32,000 bases of DNA. Origin: Candidatus Profftella armatura. GTDB taxonomy: Bacteria; Pseudomonadota; Gammaproteobacteria; Burkholderiales; Burkholderiaceae. The notes beneath the pieces are model-generated. The model saw nothing but the letters and a program-made list of their open reading frames with translations, did not search any database and was not told the DNA's origin. Shown here in pieces: positions 18,035 to 29,048 of the stretch. Position numbers and translations under genes: made by a program. Positions within the stretch are counted from its first letter, which is position 1. Each line of letters opens with the position of its first letter. Location: assembly GCF_000441555.1 (NCBI RefSeq), contig NC_021885.1:420001-452000 (forward strand), read 5' to 3'.

Positions 18035-21000
18035 ATGAATCAAAAAATACAAAAATCTTCAGAAATATCTTATGATATTAATGGTATTTCATCAAATATT
18101 CAATCTTTTATTAATATATCTTGTAATCCAAAATATTCAGTAATAGTGGAAGCTTGTGCTGGTAGCGGTAAAACCTGGTTACTTATTAGTCGTATATTGC
18201 ATATTTTATTAAATGGCGCTAAAGCATCTGAAATATTAGCAATTACATTTACAAATAAAGCAGCCAAAGAAATTCTTAAACGTCTAATGAATTTACTAAA
18301 AGAACTTTCTTTAAGTTCTGATAAAAAAATTGAAATATTATTATATGAACGAGGTATATCTAAAAAAAAAATATTAAATTTTATTCCATTAGCTCGTAAT
18401 TTATATCAAAAATTAATAATAGAAAATCAAAATTTATCAATTTATACATTTCATAGTTGGTTTGCTTATTTAATGCAAATAACACCTTTATTTTCTAAAT
18501 CAATTCGCGGATATAAATTAATCGAATTTACTGGAAAAATAATAGAAAATGCATATAATCAATTAATAACATTTGTTAATAAATCTAAAGACAAATCTAT
18601 TATTAAAAAATCTTTAATAACACTATATGATTTTTTTGGAACTAGTAATGAAAATATTCGTAAATTACTTAATGCATTTATTGATAAACGTGTTGAATGG
18701 TGGATATTATCACGAAATAATAATAACAATGCTATAGAAATTTTACGAAAATTAATGGGAAAAGACATCATATCAGATGCCCGTTTTTCTTTATGGAAAA
18801 ATTCCTCTAAAATTAATGAAATTAATATAATAGTTAATTTATTAAAAAAAGGTTCCTTAATTAATAAAAAACGCGCTTTAATTATTGAAAAAATATTATC
18901 ATCTAATCCTAGTATTAATAATTTTTCTATTTTATCAAATCAATTTTTTGATAAAAATGGTAAATTACGTTCTAATTTAAAAACTAAGGATTTAAAAAAT
19001 GAATTAATAAAATACTTTAAAAATGATGAATTATTATCAATTAATAAATTCGATATAAAATTCAAAAAAATAGCAGAATATTTGAAAAAATTACTCAAAA
19101 GAAGCAAAGAATCTTCAATTTTATCAATAAACAAAGCGCTTTTTAAGTTAGGAAATATGTATCTTAATATTTATCAAAAAATAAAATTTAAAAAACGTGT
19201 AATAGATTTTTATGATATTGAATGGAAAATTTATTGTTTATTTACTAATGATAATCATGTGATCTATTTGCAAAATAGATTAAATATTTTATATAAATAT
19301 ATTTTATTAGATGAATTTCAGGATACTAGTCCATTACAATGGATTATTATTAAATCTTGGATAAAAAAATACAGTGTAAAAAAAATAAAACCATCAATAT
19401 TTATCGTTGGAGATCCAAAACAATCAATTTATCGATTCCGTCATGCTGATCCACGTATATTCACTGCAGCTTGTAAATTATTAAAAAAACGCAATGGTTT
19501 TATTTTACGTTCTAATCGAACTTGGCGTAATTCTATAAATTTAATTAATGTATTAAATCTTAGTTTTAAAAAAAACCCAATTTATACTAAACAAACTACT
19601 GCTTGTAAAAATATAGGAAATGTATGGAGACTTCCATTAGCAACAAATACATTTTTTTTTGAAAAAAATTTTCATACAAATATCTTAAAAGATAATATTA
19701 ATTCAAATAATTTTCATGAAGAAGAAGATATTTTTTATAAAAATGAAGGAAAAATGATAGCTCAAATATTATTATATTTAAAAAAAAATTTTTTAATTAA
19801 TAATACTAAATCTAATAATATCAAAAATAATAGAAATTTAATATGGTCAGATGTAATGATTTTAATAAAAAAACGTACACATTTATTATCATATGAAAAT
19901 GCATTACGTCATTATGGAATCCCATTTATATCAGATAAAAGAAGTGGTCTACTTGAATCCTTAGAAATAACTGATTTAATTGCATTATTAAAATTTCTAA
20001 ATATGCCAAGTGATTCTTTATCATTAGCACATGTATTAAAGAGTCCTATTTCAGGTTCTTCTGATGAAGATTTAATTATATTAGCAAAACGCTCAGAAAA
20101 AACTTGGTGGAAACGTTTAAAAGCTATATGCAAAGAAAACGTACAATCATTGTCTCTAAAAAGAATTTATAATTTATTAAAAAAATGGTTAGCAATTTCT
20201 TTAAATTTACCAGTATGTGATTTACTTGATATTATTTTATATGAAGGAAAAATAATTAAACGTTATACTCAATATACAGTAGCATTTAAAATAAATCAAG
20301 TAATTGGTAATATTCATAAATTTGTAGAATTATCTTTTAAATTAAACCTTAAAAATTATATTACTTTATCAAAATTTATAGATATATTATCCAATCTAGA
20401 TAATAAAATAGAAAATAATTCCATAGATGAGGAAAAAATTAATGTATCTACAAATTCGATACGTATTTTAACTGTGCATAGTGCAAAAGGATTAGAAGCA
20501 CCAATAGTGATTATTTTAGATTCAAATCATAGTAAACATAACTCTGATAAAATTGGTATCTTATGTAATTGGCCCCAAAATAAATTAAAACCAAAACATT
20601 TTTCTGTATATTCTAGTGAAAAAGGAATGGCTCGAGATATTTTATTTAAAATAGAAGAGAAATTTAAAGAACAAGAAGATTGGAATTTATATTATGTTGC
20701 ATTAACTCGAGCTAAACAATTACTCATTCTTAGTGGAATAAGAAATAAAAATAAAACAAATGGATTAATATTAGATAGCTGGTATAATCGCCTAAAAGGC
20801 GCAACAGATTTATCTATTGATTTTTTAAAAAATATAATAAATAATTCTTCAGAAATAATTAATTGTAACTCAAATTATAAGAAAAGTAACAAAATTACTC
20901 TTTCATTATTTAAATCACCTTGTTTGGAAATTAAAAATAACTTAAAAACTAATGCTAATATTATTCACGATAAAATTAACATAGACAAGGGTATTATTTT

Positions 21001-21415
21001 TCATGATTTATTAGAACGACTTTGTTCGCAAAAAAAATGGCCAATTATTGTTCCAACAACAAATTTTATTTCTAAATGGTTAAAATGTTCATTATCATTA
21101 GCAAAAATAGGTAGAAAATATGTAATAAAAATATTATCAAAATCACATTTAAGACGTTTTTTCGATTCTTCAAAATATTTAAAATCATATAATGAGATGG
21201 AAATTATAATAAATAATATTACTTTTAGATTAGATCGTGTTGTTGAATTTAATGATGAAATTTGGATTCTTGAATATAAATTAAATCTATTTAAAAGTGA
21301 AGAAAAAATCTATAGAATACAATTAAAAAATTATTGTAATTCTCTTAAAACCATATGGACTAAAAAAAAAATTCGTGCCGCATTTATTACTTCTGATGGT
21401 AATTTATTAGAATAG
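18035..21415 (+). CDS. addA: AddA-type UvrD/Rep-family helicase with C-terminal RecB-like nuclease
   Basis: 1126 aa. Helicase motifs: EACAGSGKTWLL (I), ILAITFTNKAAKE (Ia), ILLDEFQDTSPLQW (II), VGDPKQSIYRFRHAD (III), TVHSAKGLEAPIVI (V), YYVALTRAKQLLILSG (VI). The C-terminal nuclease is RLDRVVEF...IWILEYKLN. Confidence 0.85.
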   Translation: MNQKIQKSSEISYDINGISSNIQSFINISCNPKYSVIVEACAGSGKTWLLISRILHILLNGAKASEILAITFTNKAAKEILKRLMNLLKELSLSSDKKIEILLYERGISKKKILNFIPLARNLYQKLIIENQNLSIYTFHSWFAYLMQITPLFSKSIRGYKLIEFTGKIIENAYNQLITFVNKSKDKSIIKKSLITLYDFFGTSNENIRKLLNAFIDKRVEWWILSRNNNNNAIEILRKLMGKDIISDARFSLWKNSSKINEINIIVNLLKKGSLINKKRALIIEKILSSNPSINNFSILSNQFFDKNGKLRSNLKTKDLKNELIKYFKNDELLSINKFDIKFKKIAEYLKKLLKRSKESSILSINKALFKLGNMYLNIYQKIKFKKRVIDFYDIEWKIYCLFTNDNHVIYLQNRLNILYKYILLDEFQDTSPLQWIIIKSWIKKYSVKKIKPSIFIVGDPKQSIYRFRHADPRIFTAACKLLKKRNGFILRSNRTWRNSINLINVLNLSFKKNPIYTKQTTACKNIGNVWRLPLATNTFFFEKNFHTNILKDNINSNNFHEEEDIFYKNEGKMIAQILLYLKKNFLINNTKSNNIKNNRNLIWSDVMILIKKRTHLLSYENALRHYGIPFISDKRSGLLESLEITDLIALLKFLNMPSDSLSLAHVLKSPISGSSDEDLIILAKRSEKTWWKRLKAICKENVQSLSLKRIYNLLKKWLAISLNLPVCDLLDIILYEGKIIKRYTQYTVAFKINQVIGNIHKFVELSFKLNLKNYITLSKFIDILSNLDNKIENNSIDEEKINVSTNSIRILTVHSAKGLEAPIVIILDSNHSKHNSDKIGILCNWPQNKLKPKHFSVYSSEKGMARDILFKIEEKFKEQEDWNLYYVALTRAKQLLILSGIRNKNKTNGLILDSWYNRLKGATDLSIDFLKNIINNSSEIINCNSNYKKSNKITLSLFKSPCLEIKNNLKTNANIIHDKINIDKGIIFHDLLERLCSQKKWPIIVPTTNFISKWLKCSLSLAKIGRKYVIKILSKSHLRRFFDSSKYLKSYNEMEIIINNITFRLDRVVEFNDEIWILEYKLNLFKSEEKIYRIQLKNYCNSLKTIWTKKKIRAAFITSDGNLLE

Positions 21416-21623
21416 TATATGAAGTACATTTTTTGAAAAATCAATATAAATAAATTATAAAATTTTATATAAAATTTGTGTTTATTTTTTAAAATTTATA
21501 ATATTATTATAAATAAATCTTATTTATTATTAAATGATGAAAATTATTTATTTAATTAATATCATTATTTATTTTAAAAATTAAAATTAAATATTATTGA
21601 ACATAATTTATTATTAAAATCGT

Positions 21624-21836
21624 ATGACTATAATTCGTGTTAAAGAAAATGAACCTTTTGAAGTTGCTATACGAAGATTTAAACGAACTATTGAAAAGAC
21701 AGGTCTATTAACCGATTTACGTGCTCGTGAATTTTATGAAAAACCAACTACAGTGAGAAAACGTAAATTAGCTGCAGCAATAAAACGTCATTATAAACGT
21801 ATACGTAGTCAACAGTTACCTAAAAAAATGTATTAA
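21624..21836 (+). CDS. rpsU: 30S ribosomal protein S21
   Basis: 70 aa. Matches on [46 protein letters not shown]. Confidence 0.95.
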   Translation: MTIIRVKENEPFEVAIRRFKRTIEKTGLLTDLRAREFYEKPTTVRKRKLAAAIKRHYKRIRSQQLPKKMY

Positions 21837-21880
21837 ATGCATAAAATAATAATTTAACTAATTTTATTATTTTAAATACC

Positions 21881-23725
21881 GTGTTTTCACAATTATTTAT
21901 CAATAATTTAATTAACCGCATAGATATTGTACATATAATAAGCGATTATATTTCATTAAAAAAAAGCGGTTCTAATTTTGTTGGATTGTGCCCATTTCAT
22001 GATGAAAAAACTCCTAGTTTTACTGTTTATCCAATTAAAAAATTTTATTATTGTTTTGGATGCGGTATATACGGTGATGCAATCCAATTTTTAATTAATT
22101 ATTTAGGATTTCATTTTATAGAATCCGTTAACTATCTAAAAAAAAATATCAGTATTTATGAAAAAGATGAAAAAAATTATTATTTTAATAAAAAAATATT
22201 ACCTGAGAAATCATCCAAATATTTTAATATAAATTCAACTAATGTAGATTTATCTTTATTAAAAAAAATAATGATATGTGCTTCTGATTTTTATAAAATA
22301 CAATTAAAAAATTCAAAAGAAGCTATAAATTTTCTAAAAAAACGAGGATTAAATGAAGAAATAATTTTAAGATTTAATTTAGGTTATGCACCAAATGAAT
22401 GGAATGCATTAAATAAAGTTTTTTTAGATTATAATAATATTAATACATTAGCTTCTTCTGGTCTTGTTGTAGATAAAATAATAAATAAAGTAAATCAATC
22501 ACCTGTTATTGAAAAATACAAGCGATATGATCGGTTTCGTGGAAGAATTATGTTTCCAATTAAAAATACTGATGGACAAATAATTGGTTTTGGTGGTCGC
22601 TTAATAAAAGATTCCAATGAAGCAAAATATATAAATTCTCCAGAAACTCCTTTATTTCATAAAAGCAATGAATTATATGGCTTATTTGAAGCTAAAAATG
22701 CCATTGAAAAATCTGGTTATGTATTGATTACTGAAGGATATATGGATGTAATTGGATTATCACAATTTGGTTTTTTGCAAACAGTAGCTATACTTGGTAC
22801 GGCATGCACTTCCACTCATATTAAAAAAATACTATTTTATACTAATTCTATAATTTTTAGCTTTGATGGAGATCAAGCTGGACGCCGCGCTGCCCGTAGA
22901 GCTTTAGAGGTATGTTTACTTTATGCTACAGATGATAAAATTATTAAATTTTTATTTTTGCCGGATAAATATGATCCAGATAGTTATATTAGAAAATTTG
23001 GATATAAAATATTTAGCAAAAAAGTATTAGAAGCAATGTCATTATTGCAATTTTTTTTAGAAGAAATTATTTTAAATTATAATTTAAAAACAATAAAAGA
23101 TATTGAAAAATCAAAATATAATATTGAATATTTATTTAAAATAATTCCATTATCATCATCATTAAGATTTAAAATTATAAGTAGTTTATCTAAAATAATT
23201 AAAGTATCATTTAATGAAATTAATAATTTATTTAAAATAAATACATCAAGTATCAAACATAAAACTATAGAAAAAAAAAATATACAACCAATATGTATTG
23301 AGTATCAAATTATGAAATTATTAATTTCTTATCCATCATTAATAAACGAGATAAATTCAGAAGATATGATTATATTTTCTAAATGTTCACAAAATTATGT
23401 TAAAATGTTTTTTCAATTAATTGATACTATTCATATTTTTAAAAATGATATTGATCACTCTAAATTTATAAAATATTTAAAAAAAATTAATAAAAATTTC
23501 GAATCAATTATTGTTAAAATTCAAGACAATTTTGAATACAGTATTGAAATTGCTAAAAAAACATTATTAGATGCTATTTATAAAATAAAAATACAAATAT
23601 TAAATAATAAATTAAATGATTTAATAAAAAAAGGATCATTAAATGATCAAGAAAAAAAAATTTATCGTAAAATAACATTACATAAAAAAAAATTAGAATC
23701 TAAAAAATTAAATAAAATAAATTGA
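21881..23725 (+). CDS. dnaG: DNA primase
   Basis: 614 aa with a GTG start. Zinc ribbon CPFHDEKTPSFTV...YYCFGCG, the RNAP-like region RFRGRIMFPI...GFGGR, and TOPRIM motifs EGYMDV and FDGDQAGRRAA. Confidence 0.9.
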   Translation: MFSQLFINNLINRIDIVHIISDYISLKKSGSNFVGLCPFHDEKTPSFTVYPIKKFYYCFGCGIYGDAIQFLINYLGFHFIESVNYLKKNISIYEKDEKNYYFNKKILPEKSSKYFNINSTNVDLSLLKKIMICASDFYKIQLKNSKEAINFLKKRGLNEEIILRFNLGYAPNEWNALNKVFLDYNNINTLASSGLVVDKIINKVNQSPVIEKYKRYDRFRGRIMFPIKNTDGQIIGFGGRLIKDSNEAKYINSPETPLFHKSNELYGLFEAKNAIEKSGYVLITEGYMDVIGLSQFGFLQTVAILGTACTSTHIKKILFYTNSIIFSFDGDQAGRRAARRALEVCLLYATDDKIIKFLFLPDKYDPDSYIRKFGYKIFSKKVLEAMSLLQFFLEEIILNYNLKTIKDIEKSKYNIEYLFKIIPLSSSLRFKIISSLSKIIKVSFNEINNLFKINTSSIKHKTIEKKNIQPICIEYQIMKLLISYPSLINEINSEDMIIFSKCSQNYVKMFFQLIDTIHIFKNDIDHSKFIKYLKKINKNFESIIVKIQDNFEYSIEIAKKTLLDAIYKIKIQILNNKLNDLIKKGSLNDQEKKIYRKITLHKKKLESKKLNKIN

Positions 23726-23807
23726 TAAAAAATATATTTTATATTAAAATGAAACATTTGGTAATTTTTTCAATTTGAAAATATTAAAATAAAATGTCAC
23801 TTTCAAA

Positions 23808-25736
23808 ATGAAATTTATTAATAAAAAAACAAAAATCAAGAATAAAAAAACAAAAGAAACCTTATTAAAGAATGCATTTTCTTTTGATATAAAATCTAAT
23901 AGTAGAGAAGAAATCGAAAATTTAAGAAAAAAGTTTAAAATATTAATTAAACTCGGTAAAGAACGCGGTTATTTAACTTTTTCAGAAATTAATGATTTTC
24001 TTCCAGAAGATATTATCGATCACGAAATAATTGAAAGTATTATTAAAACCTTTCGATATATGGATATTTCTGTATCAGAACACGTATTAGACACAGAGAC
24101 ATTAATGCTTTCTAATATTACTAGTGATGATGATGTTGAAGAAGCAACAGAGGCAGCATTATCTACAGTTGATTCTGATTTTGGTAGAACAAAAGATCCA
24201 ATAAAAATGTATATGAGAGAAATGGGCTCAGTTGAATTATTAACTAGAGACGGAGAAATTGAAATAGCTAAACGTATTGAGGAAGGTTTAAAAGATATGA
24301 TTCATGCTATTTCTTCGTGTCCCACTACTATTATGGAAATATTAATAGCAGCAGATAAAATTTCAAAAAATGAAATTAAGATAGATGAAATAGTTGACGG
24401 TTTAATTGATAAAAATTTTTCTAGTAATAATCGTGTTATTAAAGGTAATAAAAATAATAATGAAGAAAAAATATTGATTGAATCTAGTTCAGCTGATTTA
24501 TCAACAGAACAATTGGAGAAATTAAAATATGAATCTTTAATAAAATTTTCTAATATATCTTTTCATTTTGATAAAATGAGAAAAGCATTTGAAAAAGAAG
24601 GATATAATTCAGAATCATATATAAAAGCACATAATAATATTTCTAATGAAATGCTAGGTATTCGATTTACAGCAAAAAGTATTGAAAAATTGTGCGATAC
24701 CTTACGAAATCAAATTAATCAAGTTACTCAAATAGAGAAACAAATTTTAGAAATTGTTGTCAATAAATGCGGAATGCCACGTTTACATTTTATTAAAGTT
24801 TTTCCAGAAAATGAAATTAATTTAAATTGGGTAGACAATGAAACTAAAATTCAACATGATTATAATTTGATTTTATGTCGAAATATTCCTTCCATAAAAG
24901 AATTACAGCAAAAATTAATTAATTTACAAACAGATATTGTTTTACCATTAAATGATTTGCGTGACATAAATAGAAAAATGATTGCTGGAGAAATGAAAGC
25001 TCGTAAAGCAAAAAGAGAAATGACCGAGGCTAATTTAAGATTAGTAATTTCAATTGCAAAGAAATATACTGATAGAGGTCTTCAATTTCTTGATTTAATT
25101 CAAGAGGGAAATATTGGTTTAATGAAAGCGGTTGATAAATTTGAATATCGTCGTGGTTATAAATTTTCTACTTATGCAACATGGTGGATAAGACAAGCAA
25201 TTACTCGATCAATTGCAGATCAAGCTAGAACTATTCGAATTCCAGTTCATATGATTGAGACAATTAATAAAATAAGTAGAATATCTCGTCAAATTTTACA
25301 AGAAACCGGTTCAGAACCAGATCCTTCAGTAATTGCAATTAAAATGGAAATGCCAGAAGAAAAAATTAGAAAAATTATGAAAATTGCAAAAGAACCAGTT
25401 TCCATGGAATCCCCTGTAGGGGATGATGAGGATTCTCATTTAGGTGATTTCATTGAAGATGAAAATATGTTAGCACCTTCAGATGCCGCATTAAATGCAT
25501 CAATGCGTTCTGTAGTTAAAGATATTCTTAATTCATTAACACCAAGAGAATCTAAGGTTCTTCGTATGCGTTTTGGTATTGAAATGTCAAGTGATCATAC
25601 ACTAGAGGAAGTCGGTAAACAATTTGATGTAACAAGAGAAAGAATTCGACAAATAGAAGCAAAAGCATTACGGAAATTACGTCATCCTTCTCGATATTAT
25701 AAATTAAAAATTTTTTTAGAAGGAAAAAAAAATTAA
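23808..25736 (+). CDS. rpoD: RNA polymerase primary sigma factor sigma-70
   Basis: 642 aa. Region 1.2 is [11 protein letters not shown]. Region 2 is [38 protein letters not shown]. Region 4.2 is [30 protein letters not shown]. It completes the classic rpsU-dnaG-rpoD operon order. Confidence 0.95.
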   Translation: MKFINKKTKIKNKKTKETLLKNAFSFDIKSNSREEIENLRKKFKILIKLGKERGYLTFSEINDFLPEDIIDHEIIESIIKTFRYMDISVSEHVLDTETLMLSNITSDDDVEEATEAALSTVDSDFGRTKDPIKMYMREMGSVELLTRDGEIEIAKRIEEGLKDMIHAISSCPTTIMEILIAADKISKNEIKIDEIVDGLIDKNFSSNNRVIKGNKNNNEEKILIESSSADLSTEQLEKLKYESLIKFSNISFHFDKMRKAFEKEGYNSESYIKAHNNISNEMLGIRFTAKSIEKLCDTLRNQINQVTQIEKQILEIVVNKCGMPRLHFIKVFPENEINLNWVDNETKIQHDYNLILCRNIPSIKELQQKLINLQTDIVLPLNDLRDINRKMIAGEMKARKAKREMTEANLRLVISIAKKYTDRGLQFLDLIQEGNIGLMKAVDKFEYRRGYKFSTYATWWIRQAITRSIADQARTIRIPVHMIETINKISRISRQILQETGSEPDPSVIAIKMEMPEEKIRKIMKIAKEPVSMESPVGDDEDSHLGDFIEDENMLAPSDAALNASMRSVVKDILNSLTPRESKVLRMRFGIEMSSDHTLEEVGKQFDVTRERIRQIEAKALRKLRHPSRYYKLKIFLEGKKN

Positions 25737-25801
25737 AAAAATAATTTTAAAAATTAATAATTTTTAAAATTAATATAATAGTTATATACTATGTAATATT
25801 A

Positions 25802-26148
25802 GGGCCTCTAGCTCATGATTGGTTAGAGCAGCGGACTCATCAAAATGGTGACTTTTTTCAGAAATGAAAATTGAAAAAAAATCTAATATTAAAGATTTTA
25901 AAAATTGGGTTAATTCAGGGAAGCCTAAGTTTATAATACAAATATGGTAATCCTGAGCCAAGTCAAAAATACATTTTTGAAAGGTGCAGAGACTAGCGGA
26001 GAGGTAAAGTCCTCTTAATTACCGATAAAAACGCCCAACACCTGAACAATAATTTATACTATTGAAGGTGATGAGATAGTCCAGTAAATAGTGAAAACTA
26101 TAAAAAAACTGAATCCGTTGGTACCGTGTTCGACTCACGGGAGGCCCA
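25802..26148 (+). tRNA. Intron-containing tRNA with anticodon CAT (tRNA-Ile2/lysidine type or elongator tRNA-Met); exons 25802-25840 and 26112-26148
   Basis: The joined exons GGGCCTCTAGCTCATGATTGGTTAGAGCAGCGGACTCAT|AATCCGTTGGTACCGTGTTCGACTCACGGGAGGCCCA give a clean 76-nt cloverleaf: 7-bp acceptor, GCTC/GAGC D stem, GCGGA/TCCGT anticodon stem, CCGTG/CACGG T stem, T-loop TTCGACT. The G1-C72 pair argues against an initiator tRNA. Confidence 0.85.
25841..26111 (+). ncRNA. Group I self-splicing intron (IC3-like, tRNA anticodon-loop type), no internal ORF
   Basis: The intron is inserted right after anticodon base 36. The exon end TCAT can pair with intron GTGA (25848-25851), giving the U.G pair at the 5' splice site. 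The core strings AATTCAGGGAAGCCTAAGT, TATGGTAATCCTGAGCCAAG and AAGGTGCAGAGACTAGCGG closely resemble, from memory, the Azoarcus tRNA-Ile and cyanobacterial tRNA intron cores. P7-like pairing is AGGTG (25982-86) / CACCT (26039-43). Two hairpins are capped by GAAA tetraloops (25855-70 and 26088-26101). The intron ends in G (26111). Confidence 0.8.
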
Positions 26149-26154
26149 TAAAAT

Positions 26155-27558
26155 TTATTCTTTCCTTTTTTGAAATAAAGAATAAAAAAAACCGTCATAA
26201 TCTTGTTTTTTATTTACAGTTGGTAACAATTGACCTGGTGAATTTAATCTAATAGAATCCTTATGATTTTTAGAAAAAATAATTGCCTGCTCTTCTGATT
26301 CCTCAAACCATAATGAACACGTTACAAATAATAATTTTCCACCAGGTTTTAACATTTTCCATAAATTATTAAGAATTTTACAGGAGTATTTAGAAAGTTT
26401 TTTAATATCATTTTTCCTTCGTAACCATGGTATATCTGGATTTCTTCTAACAACACCAGATCCAGTACATGGTAAATCAGCTAAAATTCTATCAAAATAT
26501 TTATTTTTATAAAATCTAAAACGATTATTGGTTTTTTTATTTATATCTATATATAATTTTTTTAAATTAATTTTACTTATATCTGAAAGAATTAATGTTG
26601 CTTTTAAATTTAATCGTTTTAGATTTTCTGAAATCATATTTAATCTACTTAAGTTATTATCAACCGAAATTAGTTTAATATCTGCAATTTCTAATAAATG
26701 ACAAGTTTTACCCCCCGGCGCAGAACAAGCATCCAATACATACATTCCAGAACGGATATCTAGTAATGGTGCAGCTAATTGAGCGGCTGCATCTTGAATT
26801 GAGCAAAATCCATTAAAAAATTTAGGAATTTTAGAAATAGAAATCGGGGTATGTAATTTTATAGCTAATGGTCCAATAATAGTTGTTTCCAATCCTGATT
26901 TTTTTAAAAGTTTATTATAAGAAATAAGAGTAGTTTTACGTTGATTAATTCGTAATGTTAGGGGTGGTTTTTTATGACCAACATCAAGAATATTCTTCCA
27001 TTGAAAGAAATTAGGATAAGTAATTTTAACCTGATTTATCCACCATATCGGATAATTCCAATAACTTTCATGAATATTATACATTTTTGATTTAAATATT
27101 TCCCCTTTTTTTCGAAGAAATTCTCGTAAAATTGCATTAATCATATTTTTTGCATAAGCTATTTTAGAATCAAATTGAACGACATTAACAGATTGATAAA
27201 CTATAGTATATATTTTATAATAATTTTTTAATTTATTTTCATTTTTTATATTCCTATTTTCTGTTTTAATTAATAAAGCCAAAGAACAAAATAATAATCC
27301 TTTTAATATTGAAATTTTTATCGGTTTTTTAATTAATTTGTTTAATAATATTTCAACTAACCTAAGATGTCGTATAGTATAATAAGTAATATCTTTTATT
27401 GCTCCTTTTGCTTTTTCAGAAATATTATTTTTATCTAATATTTTTGAAAAAACTTTCTTTAAAGATATTCCGTTTTTTACATATATTATCAATTTTGCGG
27501 CATTATATAAATAAAAAGATAAAGAATCGTTATTTTTTTTATTATTATTTTGCGACAT
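26155..27558 (-). CDS. rsmB: 16S rRNA (cytosine967-C5)-methyltransferase (RsmB/Sun family)
   Basis: 467 aa with an N-terminal NusB-like region. SAM motif DACSAPGGKT, catalytic DLPCTGSGVVRRNPD, and the second catalytic Cys in LLFVTCSL. Confidence 0.85.
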   Translation of the reverse strand: MSQNNNKKNNDSLSFYLYNAAKLIIYVKNGISLKKVFSKILDKNNISEKAKGAIKDITYYTIRHLRLVEILLNKLIKKPIKISILKGLLFCSLALLIKTENRNIKNENKLKNYYKIYTIVYQSVNVVQFDSKIAYAKNMINAILREFLRKKGEIFKSKMYNIHESYWNYPIWWINQVKITYPNFFQWKNILDVGHKKPPLTLRINQRKTTLISYNKLLKKSGLETTIIGPLAIKLHTPISISKIPKFFNGFCSIQDAAAQLAAPLLDIRSGMYVLDACSAPGGKTCHLLEIADIKLISVDNNLSRLNMISENLKRLNLKATLILSDISKINLKKLYIDINKKTNNRFRFYKNKYFDRILADLPCTGSGVVRRNPDIPWLRRKNDIKKLSKYSCKILNNLWKMLKPGGKLLFVTCSLWFEESEEQAIIFSKNHKDSIRLNSPGQLLPTVNKKQDYDGFFYSLFQKRKE

Positions 27559-27564
27559 TTATTT

Positions 27565-28998
27565 TTAATAACGATAATTATCTAATTTATATGGCCCATT
27601 TTTAGAAACTCCAATATATTTAGCTTGCTGATCTGTTAATTTTGATAATTGTACATTTAATTTTTTTAATTGCAAACGAGCTACTTTTTCATCAAGAATT
27701 TTAGGTAAGGTATATATTCCAATAGGATAATTAGATGTATTATTAAATAATTCAATTTGAGCGAGTGTTTGATTAGCAAATGAAGAACTCATAACATAAG
27801 ATGGATGACCAGTTCCACATCCCAAATTAACTAAACGACCTTCTGCTAAAAGAATGATTTTTTTTCCATCTGGAAAAATAATATGATCTACTTGTGGTTT
27901 TATATTTTCCCATTTATATTTTTTTAATTTTTCTACTTCAATTTCATTATCAAAATGTCCTATATTACAAACAATAGCTTGATCCTTCATATCTCTCATA
28001 TGATCATGTGTAATTACATGATAATTACCTGTGCATGTAACAAAAATATCACCATATTTTTTCGCATATTCCATTGTTACAACTAAAAATCCTTCCATAG
28101 CAGCTTGTAACGCACAAATTGGATCAATTTCAATTATCCATACTTGAGCTGATAACGCTCTCATTGCTTGAGCAGATCCTTTTCCAACATCACCATAACC
28201 AATTATTACAGCAATTTTTCCTGCAATCATAACATCTGTTGCTCGCTTAATACCATCAATTAAAGATTCACGACAACCATATAAATTATCAAATTTTGAC
28301 TTAGTTACAGAATCATTTACATTAATTGCGGGAAAGGATAATTTACCTTCTTTAAACATTCGACGTAATCGATAAACACCTGTAGTAGTTTCTTCAGTTA
28401 CTCCTTTTATTTGTTTTAATCTAGAAGAATACCATTTTGAATCAATTTTTAATTTATTTTTAATAGATTTAAATAAACATACTTCTTCCTCTGAACATGG
28501 ATTAGATAATATAGATATGTTATTTTCAGCTTGAGCCCCTAAATGTAATAAAAATGTAGCATCACCTCCATCATCTAAAATCATATTAGCTTGTTCTGTA
28601 TTAGAGTTTCCTGGCCAATCAAAAATTCTATGATTAAATTCCCAATAATCACTTATAGATTCACCCTTAAATGCAAAAACAGGAATACCCTTACTAGCAA
28701 TTGCTGCAGCAGCATGATCTTGCGTTGAATAAATATTACAAGAAGACCATCTTACTTCAGCTCCTAAACATTTTAATGTTTCAATTAATACAGCAGTTTG
28801 AATCGTCATATGAATTGAACCACTAATTCGCGCGCCTTTCAAAGGTTTACTCTTTACAAATTCTTCTCTAATAGAAATTAAACTAAACATTTCTGTTTCA
28901 GCGATTTCTATTTCTTTTCTACCCCATTGGGATAAATTTATATCAGCAATAACAAAATCTTTTGATATAAAATTATTTTTTTGTGTTAAATTTTTCAT
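27565..28998 (-). CDS. ahcY: S-adenosyl-L-homocysteine hydrolase
   Basis: 477 aa. Motifs: [78 protein letters not shown]. Confidence 0.95.
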   Translation of the reverse strand: MKNLTQKNNFISKDFVIADINLSQWGRKEIEIAETEMFSLISIREEFVKSKPLKGARISGSIHMTIQTAVLIETLKCLGAEVRWSSCNIYSTQDHAAAAIASKGIPVFAFKGESISDYWEFNHRIFDWPGNSNTEQANMILDDGGDATFLLHLGAQAENNISILSNPCSEEEVCLFKSIKNKLKIDSKWYSSRLKQIKGVTEETTTGVYRLRRMFKEGKLSFPAINVNDSVTKSKFDNLYGCRESLIDGIKRATDVMIAGKIAVIIGYGDVGKGSAQAMRALSAQVWIIEIDPICALQAAMEGFLVVTMEYAKKYGDIFVTCTGNYHVITHDHMRDMKDQAIVCNIGHFDNEIEVEKLKKYKWENIKPQVDHIIFPDGKKIILLAEGRLVNLGCGTGHPSYVMSSSFANQTLAQIELFNNTSNYPIGIYTLPKILDEKVARLQLKKLNVQLSKLTDQQAKYIGVSKNGPYKLDNYRY

Positions 28999-29048
28999 AA
29001 TTATTTATATTTATATTTTACAAAAATGTATTTTAAATTTTTAAAAAA

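Noticed and set aside
16584-20133. Five 63-91-aa minus-strand ORFs inside addB and addA (16584-16859, 17861-18052, 18559-18771, 18940-19134, 19912-20133)
   Set aside because: All are antisense to long CDSs with clear helicase and nuclease motifs. Their translations are low-complexity.
25737-25801. Promoter call for the tRNA(CAU) gene (TATAAT at 25774-25779)
   Set aside because: TATAAT-like hexamers occur by chance throughout this AT-rich sequence. Without a convincing -35 element or TSS data I cannot support a specific promoter.
25841-26111. Homing endonuclease or other ORF inside the intron
   Set aside because: The intron is only 271 nt and is closed by stops in all frames. No LAGLIDADG or GIY-YIG-like coding potential is present.
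27399-27605. 68-aa plus-strand ORF across the rsmB/ahcY junction
   Set aside because: It is antisense to two conserved genes and has low-complexity sequence.
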